Assembly: GCF_000150275.1 (NCBI RefSeq)
Contig: NW_002060946.1
Location: 5,866,597-5,930,596 of the forward strand
Source of the DNA: Trichoplax adhaerens
Lineage: Eukaryota; Animalia; Placozoa
Reading direction: 5' to 3'
DNA: 64,000 nt
This document shows, in pieces, positions 37,372 to 50,665 of the stretch (positions within the stretch are counted from its first letter, which is position 1; each line of letters begins with the position of its first letter). The notes under the pieces are model-generated. The model had not been told where the DNA came from, did not search any database, and saw nothing but the letters and a program-made list of their open reading frames with translations. A program made the position numbers and the translations under genes.

Positions 37372-40300
37372 GTTGCTTATTGATTTCAGATCAGCGATTT
37401 GCTTGAAAAATGCTATTTAATACGATCGAATCGGTTCTATTCCGTTGATAGGGGGTTAGAAATCGATTGGTAATCCAATGACAAGAAATTGAGGCCAATT
37501 TAATCCAATATCTATATATCTACTTGCTAGAAATCCCCGGGAAATAATCACACTATCAATCCACCAAGTAAGGCCACTTATGTTCAGTAATTTTTATCCG
37601 ATCTTTGCCGTGACCTATTAAATGGCTTAAATTGAATAATAATCAACTGAAAAATGAGGGACCACGTCTCAAAATAAATACACTTGCATGAATCACTCGT
37701 TAATGGATTTTGGTGGAAAAAAATAACATATGCTGATGTTTGCCATAGCGTTTCTATATCGAATGAAATTAATCTGCTTTGAAAGTTTGACCCTGTGTAC
37801 CTTTTTCTCTATCAACTGTAAATTTATACCAATTTAACGTTACTTTATTGTACATTTATTTTTGGGGGGAAGCTTTCTCTCAACGCTAACTCTAATCATT
37901 CCTAGTAATCTTCTTTATCCCATATATTCAATAGGGTAAATAAAATCCTATTCAATATTGAGGGAAATTACTTTTGCCAGAGTAGAAAATTGGGGGGGGG
38001 GCCATTTTCTGCTCTAGCAGGACAGGCATTAATTCAATACTGCCGTATGTGAACGATATGCTAGTGATAGTAAAGAGTGTGCGCGTCATTGCAACTGACT
38101 GCTCAAAGAATTACAGCAATCTTATTGGATAGCGGCCGTTTATCTTTGTTCAAATCGCGTCAACCAAAGCGATTGCAATTGACTCATCAAATATTGACGC
38201 CACTTAAATAACACGATCTTCATTGGCGATAAATATCAGCAATGATCATGGCACCAATCGATTCTTGGCAAGGCAACCATGATCGTGATCGCATCGAAAG
38301 GGTTTTTATTTATCCTGTCGATCTTAAAACAATTAATTGACTAGGATAAGCAGGACACAGTTTTATTAATCTGGCTAGCTGGCCTTTTAAGCCAAGATAA
38401 TCCCAAATCGTAGCACTTTAATCTAATCGATAACGTAAACGAAAAGAACGAATTTCTACTTGTTATTCGTTTACCTCTAGAGTCTGTAGAGCATGCAGAA
38501 GCGGCGATATAAAGTAGCTGTATGTATAGATGTGCATAAAATGAACTGGTTAGCTTCTTATAATGTATCGTATAATTTATAAAATACTTTAACCGGCAAT
38601 TCGATCAGGTATTTTTATACTGTTAGAGTTTATTTACTGCTTATAAAAAAAATGAAATTCTAGTCAAACTTCATGTCATGCGTCATACGCATAAATGTCG
38701 CTATCATTCCGGCCGCATAGGTAGTTAGTGTAGATCTAATTTTACTATTTTATCAAGGATAACTGCAGTACTAAGTCAACGCGTTTTTTTCTTGCTTACT
38801 CTTATAATCAGTCATAGACAGTACTGTAAAGTAAAATGGACAAGTACGTTCAGCATGCGAAGTATAACGAGCGAGGTTTCTACCAGTGATATTAAACTTA
38901 GTGCCCGTGATAAAATTGGGCGTTGAAAATAAATTATACCAAAGAAGGATTGCTTCATCATAGAATATTATGACGTAAGTTTGACGTTGGTGTGGGTTAA
39001 AGTTAGGTAGGCTAGAAAAATACTGTACACGTAGTCATAGCGATATTTTTTTATCAACAGAGAAAGTAACGCCGGATGAAAAGTGTTGTACAGTATGTTT
39101 TATTTGCAGTATCAAGGAGAAAGAATCCAACGCTGGATAGTGGACATTGCACTAGCTTTAGTTACAGATTTATTAATCTTATTTCAAGATCAATTAGCAT
39201 GCCATCACCAAAATAGGAGTCCTGAGGTAATGCTACGCTGTCCAGTGGCAAGCATATATATACAATAGAGTCGATAATTAACTTCAATGATAGCTTACAG
39301 CATAAAAATAAGGCATTAAAACGGTCACAATCTTACAATATGGTGGATATAACTCGTTTAGCGTTGGTTTTGTGTTTGTTAAATGATGTTGTGTTTAGGT
39401 TAAATACAACTCCAAAACTCTAACATCGCTCGTGCAATACTACTAAACGTATAAGAGAAAATGCTATGGCATGAAATGCAATGCAATCGACCAATTTCAA
39501 TAGGACCGGTAATAAGGTAGCTAAAAAGACTTAAATAAGGTAGACAAATCTCATACTATATTACGATACTAATAAAGTTTATACTATCATTAAAAATATA
39601 TCGCATGTTCTATTTTTATTAACTGAAAGCCATTCGACATTGAAACAACGTAATGATAATAGTAAATGCTGGTAATTACTGTCTCTCATTAAGGAAGAAA
39701 TGATCATCCATTTCACAAGTGTGTCAATGCATAACCGTTTAATTTCATTAGATACATGTTGGATATTAATTGACAAGCCATCAATAGATTTTAAATTGCT
39801 ACATATAGCCACGTATAGTGGGAAATGCTGTATTTGACATTGAAGAAGACGAAAATCGATAGCTAGAGATAGATCATGCATCTTTGATGAATTATTTTTA
39901 TACCTTTATGTCATTTAGGCGATTTAAACTCCTTTCATTGCTAATACGCTTATAATATTACATAATGGCTAGTTAAAACCTACACTGACCGAACTATACA
40001 AAATAAGTTGATATACAAACCTTTTATTTCAACAATATTATATATTATCAGATATAGCATTGTATCATCGATATTGAAATAAAATAAGTCAAGCATAATA
40101 TAATTATTTAGGACTGAAGCACATCAACAAAGTATATGATAGATAGATATATTCTAACTGCCAATGTGCCGATTAGAATATTCTTCGGTGCTACATATAG
40201 AAGGATTAAATCAAATGATACAGAATGAATTTGCAAAAATCATGCTACAATAGTATCGGTTTTAAATTCTCAGAAATTATAGGTAATTACCTGTTCAAGC

Positions 40301-42491
40301 CCGATGAAGTGCCAAACAACATTTTTAATATTTTTGTATAAAGGTTACACACATGTTCCTTGATGATTGCTCAAGCATTCTGCTCTATATTGTAGAAAGA
40401 ATTAACACTCTATTTTGTTTATGTGCTAGTTTGAGGCTACTGAATAATGATTCTATTAAACTACACTAGTGCTAATGATAGTGAAATGAATGCCTCTTTT
40501 TCGATATCTTATAGAATATGATTTAACCGATGGAAACAGCATAAAATAATCTAAGTAGCCTTTTATACGCTATGTTATAAAGTCTTAACAGTGACGCACC
40601 ACTACGAATTGGTATTGACGATGTCCAAGAGCTTACTGATCATCATCACTGAGATAGATAAGTGAAACAAGCGTATTTTTTTCTGAAATATGTTTTGCTT
40701 ATCCTAATCAATTGCGCGAATGTTGGATTTTAATTAAGGCCTGGCAATATTTCATATAAGAACCAGCAAAAATTTTTCTGTCCAATGTGTCACTATTGTG
40801 CATTATTGGAAATGAAGCCAGTAAGAAGACATAAAGCTATTTAGGAAAGCTTTTGTTCAATACAGCGCATAGTTAGGGATATGATAACCGACTGACAATA
40901 TCACTTATTGCCTCTTTACCTTGTCTTTTAAATTCGTAAATGATGTATTTCAAATTTAAACAATTTGTGGGATGTATGTTAAACATAAACAGATTTTAGA
41001 CAGCTTGCGCGGTTTTATAAATACTGTAGTAAACTTTACTATGGCCTGCTTCAATCTTACTCAGTTTACTCTAGATGAATATAGTTAGAAGGTTTATTTG
41101 TTGCTGTTGGTACGCAAATTTCATTAACGCCAATATTGATACAATTTCAGACTAAACGGTTAGGATTTTAGAGCGTATAATGGTACTGTAAATTATTCCT
41201 AGTAAGTACTGAATGAAATAATATATTCTCCTATAATGATGAATCACAGAATTTCATAACTTATAATTTTAGATGAAAGGTTCAACTATAAAATTCTCTA
41301 ATACAATACATAATTCTGATGATTCTTCACAGCCAAAATAAGAATTTTTTTAATGGCTTATTACTGGTCTATTTAAAATTTAATAAAATATTTATAAAAA
41401 AAATATCATCTTTATAGTCAAAACTAGATAAAATGCGACGTATAAGACAACGGGCAACTAACTGCGAAATTTCAATATGTCGAATCTTAATAAGTCAGTC
41501 GCGCACGATTCATTTTTACTATCCATCAATATTTATCATGCAAATTAGAATAGGCAATATTTTATTTTCGGTCGCAAAGTATCCAATGAAACAATCTCTC
41601 TAATGGATCTAGCTAATGCGGGGGTGGTATATAGGTCCAAAGTTTTCTTAGAATCTAAGGCCAGATTGTCTTGTACATTAATTTAAAATACTTATAGTTC
41701 AATTATTCACCCCTCTTGAGAAATTACCAATTGCATTGAAATTGTAATTGGCATAGTGAGATTATTGTCATACTGCATATCATTAAATCTATGATTCAAT
41801 TCTTTAATACAGTAGAGCAGAAAACTATATTTCATGTAGACAAGGTATTTTGATCTGGACTGTTTATTCAATAATTCCTGTTGTCCATGGTTCAAGTACA
41901 CTTAATCTAGACAGTACCTTATGGTATCAAATTTAGAAGCAAATTAGAATCATGAGCTTAACTAATTGATTATTGCTGACGTCATCCAAATATTTCAATA
42001 GCAAAACCAGTAAATTAGATAATAGTTTTAAAAGATTTAATAAACATGAAACTATAGTATAAAACTTACCCTGCTATCTATTCTATAGATTAACTCCATT
42101 TAATATTTAATATACTATAAGAGACATTAAAAATAATGCAATAATTGCTGTATTGTAAAGTAGGTGTATATGGATAATTACATTGATAGTCATGATTTCT
42201 TAATTTAATATGGAATACAAACACTCTGGCCACATCATACAACGTACAAACATAATTTTATAAGCTGTATGGCAGTTAAGAAGTCTACTTTACATCATTT
42301 TTTAAACTTAAAAGCAAATGATCTTGTATTCTATCTTTAATTCATTTAAATAGGAATATGAATCAAGGTAATTTGTACTCTAGCGTCAACGAGTAGACAT
42401 GATATGATAATATTTTAGACCGTTTCGCTTTCTTTCCGTCCTGTTGCTAATTCATTGGTTCAATTTGTTGCATGAGGCAAATTTTTACATT

Positions 42492-45400
42492 CTACTGATA
42501 CTGGCCACTGTCTGGCGAAGTTGATAATGTATCAATACAATCTCGATTGAAAATACCATCACAACTGGGAAAAGAAATTTTTTTGCACGATGGCTTCTCG
42601 GATGAAGATTCTAAATAAAAAATGGGACGTTAACCGAAAATTAAATCTAATTTAATATCAGTGCATTTTATGATATATAAGCTAACATCAAAAAGAAAAA
42701 TAAACATTTCAGAAATTTTATTCTATCCCTATTTCATCGCTATAACCTGTATCTTCCGGCCAATTATTACATTCTATTGATCCTTTACCACTTTCTATTG
42801 ATATTGAGTCAACACAATTTTGATCAATAGTACCGCCACAGCCTCGAGTAGGAGCTTTACGACGTAAAGACTGCCCCGATGATGACACTAAATAGAAAAT
42901 AGAGTAGTAGCAAGACATTTTAACCGTGATAATTAAAATATTGTGGGTGATCGCTTATACTAAATGCAATGTTGGCTCAGTACTAAATAGTAAAGGCTAC
43001 TGCTGCTATGATTCATTTTAAATGAATGCAATAAAGTTTCAATTAAACTTGCCAGAATATGGTTTATTAAATGATGTCGTAGTGTGATCTGTAATCGAAT
43101 CAAAAGCATTAACATATATTTTCATTTTCATCTGTCAATAGTAGCTAGGAAAATGATGAGTGTGTTTATGTCACAGCAAAACTACGATGTAACGAATTAA
43201 TAGGCTTTGTTACTCATAGTAATGGAAAATCGTAAACTATGGCCTAGATATACTATCCCAATAAGCAATCCAAGACTTTCTACTGCATAAATTACAGTTT
43301 AAAAAGATTTCAATCTTCATGGTACCTGTCTGAACTTTACCAGAGTTACAGTGTAATGTATTTCCTTGACTATAGGAGTTAAGACATAGTTGGACTTGTG
43401 ATCTTGACTATAGCATTGAAAGAAAGTCAAAACTTGTAATAAAATCGTACTACAATAAATAATAACAAATCATTTCGCCATATCAGTAGGATAAGTTATA
43501 CTACAAAATTGCAATGTTTATGGTCATAATTTCAAGAATGATTATCATAAACTTTATCATAAATCTAGCGAAGGAAAGCATTGACTCAACTACAGCATGC
43601 ACCTGCGCTCTAGCAGGGCGCCATCGAAAATTCCGTCTTTTTATAGCTGCTATCACCTAATTATAAGGATATTGACACGAAATTTTTCGTTTAATACATT
43701 TAAAGTGTAAACAAGCAGTTAGAATCAGGACATGTTTATTAAATAGTAGCTGAAAATTAACCTGTTTATCCAATAGGCAATGGAATAGGAATAGTACAAA
43801 CCCTTGCATTGAAATTGATATGGTGAACAAATAGTCAGCTACGTAATCCCCTGGTATAGGAACGAATAAGCCAACAATCCAGCACAATCCTAGCAATGGT
43901 AAGAGTGCTATAGCATTTCGAATATCAGTCCTACAATGCAAATAGTAAAACCGATCCTTACTCCTAGTTGAAAAGCTAATTATTGGTATTAATAGATGTA
44001 TGTCTATATCTTTTAGTAAATATGATGAAAATTATAACGATTACAACTTTAGAAATGAATTATTATTGCTTATAGATTTGTTACTATAGTTAATATGAAG
44101 ACACCCTAAACTGCCTCTTAGTATGGTTGTTGCAATACTATATCTATTCGGAGATTGGTAAACCAGAAAATGCTTCTACCTTAGTGATTTGCGATTGCTT
44201 TCGGAAGCTTTTTTTACTCCATCAGACATTCTATGAGTTAGGATATATAGTGTTATTCCAAATATGATGATATTAGTCTGTAAAAGAACGCATCTTTCGT
44301 AAGCGCTAGCAAGTTCCGAAATTGGAAATACTTGCTATGTATAATCAAAAAATTATCAATCGTAATCTTCAAACGCATTCTCTCGTCGGAAGCAGTTATG
44401 TTTTATAGTCTTTCGACGTGCTATCTTTAAGATATCTTAATTATTGATGTCTTCTATTATTCCACCTACTAAGGTTATGACGGTTAATGGAGCAAGGAAT
44501 ACCCAAATAAATGAGGAGCGTATCCAACAACTATCAATAATAAAAATAATTTACCATAGTATTAAAGTATTGCATATATTTTAATCGATAGTAAGAATAC
44601 GGTGAATATTACAAATTATTTCTATTCATACATACGCTGTATTATTTGTATAAGCTTGAGGAAAAGCAGCAATGCTTATGCCACTGACTACAGCTGGAGT
44701 TCCTAAAATTGCGGATTATATAATTATATCAAGTTTCCACTGCTATCTATACTAGTATTGGCTTGATATCATTTTTAGTCTTCATCTAATTTTACCGATA
44801 TCTTAAAACATTTTATTGCAAAAGTAATATTTCAAAATTTTATACTGCTTCAAAAGCACGAAAAATTAATCTCGATTGATATCTTTAATGAAAATAATTT
44901 TCCGTAAATCCTTTCCCAAAGTTGAGCCTTTTAGCTTAATTTTTCTTTGTTTTATTGCTAATAGACTATCAATTGTGCTTTACTCTAACCAATCATACTC
45001 ACCCCAACCAATCGCCAGGAATAGATAAATATGCCATCTTCTTTCAATTATAAAGACTGTTACCAAAACACGATATAAGTGAATGCCCTCTACGAGCTGC
45101 CATGTGAAAATGCTAGTGAAGAAGAATTGTAGCATTACAGTAATGGCAGTACACCAACCCTAATCCGTAAGAGAAATAATCTTGTAAGTATATTCAGCGT
45201 GCAATTGCTGTAGTGTGATTTACAGCTAACAATTAAATTGTTTATCAAAGTGAAAAATTTAATGAATACAATAACGAATTTGAAAAGCGTTGTTCATACC
45301 TTGAATATAAAGTATATCAATTATTTATAGAAATATTATTTTACATTTAATATTGTAATCACTCGTAATTATCTTAGTATTAATTTTACGTAAACTTATA

Positions 45401-48400
45401 ATATTGTTATATTTTCCGTTATGACTAAGGTGATGTATCATTTCGAATTTATTTCGTCTTGTGGCTCTTGTCTGATATCTGAATCAATTTCGAAATTCAA
45501 TACTTGCTTAGTCTATTCTAAATCTGAGTGCTTGTTACGGAGCCAAGCTCCGAAATAATAAAGGCCTTGTTAATTAAAATATCTAATATAAATTGTTGTT
45601 TGTTCCAGTAGTCTAATAAGCGTTAATGAATACTTATTTATTGATAAGATTAATGTCTAAGTAATTGAATACTAATACCTAAGTGTAACGTGTAATTTGT
45701 GCTGAGCCTTGAGGCTCTAATTGGCACAAATAAATTTATTGTTGTTAATTAGCGTTAAGTTATACTGATTTATGTTAACTTCTTCTATCTAAATTCCTAT
45801 ACTGTAAGTCGCTATGTCTAAGATACTAACATATGCACCATCGGCGGAGACCCAGACTATATAAACTCGAGCACTAAATTAGCTCTTCAGTTCCATTTTA
45901 ATCATTTTTAGGTCCACTTGATCATCATTACAAGGAGTTTTCTAACGTACTTTTTACTAGATTCTTTTACTAGGATTTATCTCAATAAAGTAAAGTCCTT
46001 AAACCTATTACCCGTTGGCAGCTTATCTATGTAGTCGAGAGTTAATTCAACTACGATAAGTCGCCTAAATCGGCTGGGGGCACTAGTAGTCGCAACAACA
46101 GCGTTTAAGATCCGTTCAAAAAGGCAATTCGTAATAGTGCTAAATAATAATACCAAACTTGGATTACGGTATACGAGTATTAATGCATTTTACTATAGAT
46201 GTGCCTAAAATCGAATAATCTAACTGCCGTAGACAGACAGAGCACAATAGATTCTAAACATAAGCAGCTATACACAGTTACTGTTAAAAGCGAACTTAAT
46301 TCGTTTACTTTGGAACCAGAAGAGAACATGAACTTTAAACTTTAAAGTGAAAAAACTGGTAAAATGTCTACCAGTTGAGGTTATCGACAGCACTTACAAT
46401 CTTTAAATGTTATAATATGAATAACTAATCAAATTTCGCCAACTAACCTTATCTGCAGTCTGATTTATTAATGCCATAAATCCGACATTAGAAAATACGA
46501 TAGCAATAATTAAATTGATGTGGATAAACCATTTGCGCGATTTAGGTAACCTATAACATTCATGAATTGAAGAAGACTTTTGCTACCACTATTATACTTA
46601 AAAAGCACACAATAAGATAATTTAAATGACTCAGTTACGCTAATTTCAGTAGCAGTCAAGCCAAGTGTTAACATAAGTATCACCTTATTAAGCAAAACGT
46701 AGAGATTTTATTATATTTCACCAACAGAGCGTTTACAGCTTACCTTAGAATTATAAAGGCTAACAAAGTCACAATTAATCCAATCGCTGAAAGGCTTAGA
46801 CCAATATAGCTTATTATAGACAGTATACGACTGTGCAATAGCCTTACTCTAAACATCGGATCAACAGTGCTGTTAACAATGATAGTTTCGTTACTAGCAA
46901 TGGTAGTTTCATTACTACCATTAATTTGTATTGGATTATATTGAATAACATGAATAACAGGGGGTGGAAGAGGTTGAAAGGGTGACGGTTGCTCCTATAG
47001 TTGAAGATAATTAAAGTAGCAAAAGGACTAACAAATAAATCCATCGTGCTAAATGAATATCGAAACGTTTAATAAATTACAGTACAATTATAAAGTTTTA
47101 AAGTTAATTAAACTTCTTTTAGGCTGCTATGGTTACTTAGAGATGTTTCTTTTAATAGCTAATTGTATAATTATTAATCCTTACATCAGAACCGGTAACT
47201 AAAACCGTCAAATCGCCCGGTCCTACTGGTTGCGGATTTACCATATCTTGATAGCTATCGTGTATCCCTGGTATTGTTATTATAATTGTAATAGGAGGTA
47301 GAGGTACTACTATCCCAACATGTGTGCAGCCAGATTGGTACCAACTCAACTCATAAGAAATTAATTTACTCATATTCGCCTGATATGTAAAATTTTCCCA
47401 AGTTCCTAGGAATGAGTTGGTAGCCTCTTCTCCGAAGACATTATATGTTAGCTGGTAAAAGACATTGGATAAGGTAACTTGTTGTCCTTCCTAACCCGAT
47501 AAGATGTGTCTTAATGTTAGGTTATACTTGCAAATAGTTCATCGTATAGAATTTTTTATACCCCATCATGATATTGCAATAGCAAATCGACGTATTCTCA
47601 ACGTCGATGCAAACTAATTTATCCATTAGAATCAACTTACATGAATAGGACAGTGAGTAGACGTCGTTTCTAACTGCTGTAGTATATCGGTCGCAGTTCG
47701 AAGTAAACACTACAGTTGAAGAGCAATTATGTCGAACGATCGAAATAACGTACATATGTATACTGTCAATAATCATTAATGAAAAATATATAATAAAGTA
47801 ACAATAATAATTATAGTTCTAAACTAGAATCGAACAAAAACTAAATCAGTAATAGTATATTTACGTTATCTAGATTCTGATATTCCAAAGGATAATTGGT
47901 AACGTTACGCTCTTGCCGGATGGTATATATTAAGTTAAGCGTGTCAATAGTTAATTGCTTTCCAGCCACGTCGCCTTGATTTTTATGAAGAAAACTAGCC
48001 ATCTGAATCAAGTACGAAGGTGGATAATCTTTGCTTTTTATCGTGATCATCTGTTACCAACACACGATCGAGATATAAACGAATTATTAATATTTTGATT
48101 ACTTCTCAGTATTACTGTTTACACTTAAGTTTTTCGTCGCATGTACCCGTTCGTAAACTATTGAAACAATTTCTGAATAGCAATGGCAGTCACTAACTGG
48201 CGACCATATAGAAGAATTCGTTAATGTTGATTGGCACCACCGATACAAATCACCTAAATACGGAAATATATCAAGACAGACTTAGATATCCAATTTTCCT
48301 CTTTAAGAATACCAGATAACTGATATTCCACGGCAGTTGGATCAAAATTGAACTACCTTTGACTTTATCCAAACCATAATATTGACTGCATTTAGAAAGC

Positions 48401-50046
48401 TGAATACTAGAACCAGGAGTAGTTCGCGGCCATAAAATCAAATGCTCAATCTTAGGTTGACAGGCTTCAAAATCTGCTCCAGTCATTTTATTAAAAGAAT
48501 CGCCATTAAACAGTAGATTGGCATTTAAAATAGATGTTCAATTTTATTTTATTACTATAGGTAGATTGATAACTTATTTACAAAAAATCGTAAGCACAAA
48601 TTTTTCGTCAACATTTTCATTACCCAACGAATCTGGGCATACTGCATTGTTTGCTAATTCCCCAGTTTGACAACAAACTAATGATTCGCTTTGTAGACCA
48701 GATGCGGTTATATTCATTAGTATCTGTAACTGATCCATATCCTGATTGTATCATTAAACAGTATTAGCATCATTTGCATTATAAAATATTACATTGCAAC
48801 GACAATCCATAGCTGAATAGCGAAAAATTTCATCAAAATTTAAATCTAACCGTTTGATTACAGGATATGTAAGAGGACACCTTTCGTATGATTTCTATAA
48901 CACACTGTTAGCAATATTATATCATTAGATATTATTAAGTTGGAAACATACCCAATACACATTAAGCTGAATAGGGCACTTAAATTTCAGACTAATTAGA
49001 ATGACAACTGTAAGAACGAACTTGCTGAATATTACCAGAAAAATTAAATGCTAAAATTCAAACTGATTATCTAAGCGTTCAATTAATAATTTCTTACGCT
49101 GAAAGCTAATAATTTCCTTGGATCTTCATCGGAAACACTAGTTAGTTTATCAGAGGCCGCTTGCAGACCAACTGCCAATTGACTCATGTTGATTTTCAAG
49201 CTGAAGCCGAGTAATGGAAGATGATCAATGAATTGAAAGATGGATGCATGCAATTTACGCAGTTCATCAGCCAGTGCAGCTGCTGAACCTACATCCGGCA
49301 TATCCTAAATAAGTAAATATGAATTTATGTGAAAGAATACTTATGAAAGCGTTACAAAATATACGGCAAAGTCAATTTGAAGATATTATCATCTTTTTAC
49401 TAGATTCTGCAACCATAGATCTAAGTTATGACTCATTCATAAAATCATTTTAGTACCTGGATATTATAAACAGATCTAGTGACATTTGAGTTTCGGCAAT
49501 CGCAAAGATCGAGATCATTTTGAGAAATTTGATAATTTTCTTTGCAATAAACACTTGCTATTCCTTCGATATCTTCAATCATACCGGAAAAACAATTTTT
49601 AAAGTTTAAAAATTGTCATATTGCAGATCTAACTATCATAACTCTAAACAATATGACCTTTCAACAACTAATAATATGCACAATCATAGATTTGGTATGA
49701 AGAAGCAAAGATTTAATTGAATATTATACGTAGATATTGTCGGTATATTGGCTTAGCTAATCTGATATAATAGTCTTAGGTAACCGAAAATAGTACTATT
49801 ACGAGTTTTCTCAGATCATTTTTATAGACTATCACGGTTTCTCCATTTTTACTGAATTCGATTTTTAGGACGCATGGTCTATCAGTTTACCTTGACTGAT
49901 GCTAGTAAAATTTTGTAAAGAAGAGCAAGACTTTTCTATCACAATCGGTAAAGATTCAAAAGGTGAAACAGATCCACGAAAGCAAGTACCAGCGATTATT
50001 TCTGTGCAATTCTCCGATTTGGGAAAGCAATCTTGACAATAAATAT
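42492..50046 (-). CDS. Class-B/adhesion-type 7TM receptor, paralog C (5' end not found, probably in or beyond the N-gap)
   Basis: Exons 50046-49891, ~49572-49458, ~49304-49098, ~48906-48851, ~48742-48624 (VCCQTG). HRM exons ~48489-48357 (ILWPRTTPG..KCSQYY) and ~48254-48148 (YRWC..IWSPVSDCHCYS); ~48051-47864; ~47709-47641; ~47490-47194. Stalk+TM1 ~46995-46744; TM2 ~46551-46448 (WFIHINL); TM3-4 ~45160-45003; ~44702-44636; ~44531-44467; ~44278-44180; TM6-7 ~43930-43762. Tail exons ~43656-43603, ~43407-43340, ~42887-42746 and 42610-42492. Confidence 0.85.
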
Positions 50047-50341
50047 CTACAATAGTAAATATCCGTTAGAATAGCCAATTGATCCTTTCTTGGCCGATGA
50101 TCAGTAGCTTGGCATGTATCGAATCATGCTTACTCGTATTCTTAAACCATTCTTAAAGATTGCACTTACACAAAATCATAATGAAGACATATGTGCTATA
50201 TTTGAAATGATTAAATCGTCGTAGTTGACGAATACTGTAGTTTAAACCTTTAGATATTTGCTATGAAAAACATATCACTTGCTAAGGTGCCTTAGTTCTC
50301 CAAATCTTTAAAATCTGATAAGTTAGGGTATGTTGTAAAGA

Positions 50342-50665
50342 NNNNNNNNNNNNNNNNNNNNNNNNNNNNNNNNNNNNNNNNNNNNNNNNNNNNNNNNNNN
50401 NNNNNNNNNNNNNNNNNNNNNNNNNNNNNNNNNNNNNNNNNNNNNNNNNNNNNNNNNNNNNNNNNNNNNNNNNNNNNNNNNNNNNNNNNNNNNNNNNNNN
50501 NNNNNNNNNNNNNNNNNNNNNNNNNNNNNNNNNNNNNNNNNNNNNNNNNNNNNNNNNNNNNNNNNNNNNNNNNNNNNNNNNNNNNNNNNNNNNNNNNNNN
50601 NNNNNNNNNNNNNNNNNNNNNNNNNNNNNNNNNNNNNNNNNNNNNNNNNNNNNNNNNNNNNNNNN
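50342..50665. other. Assembly gap (run of N)
   Basis: 324 consecutive N bases. Confidence 1.
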
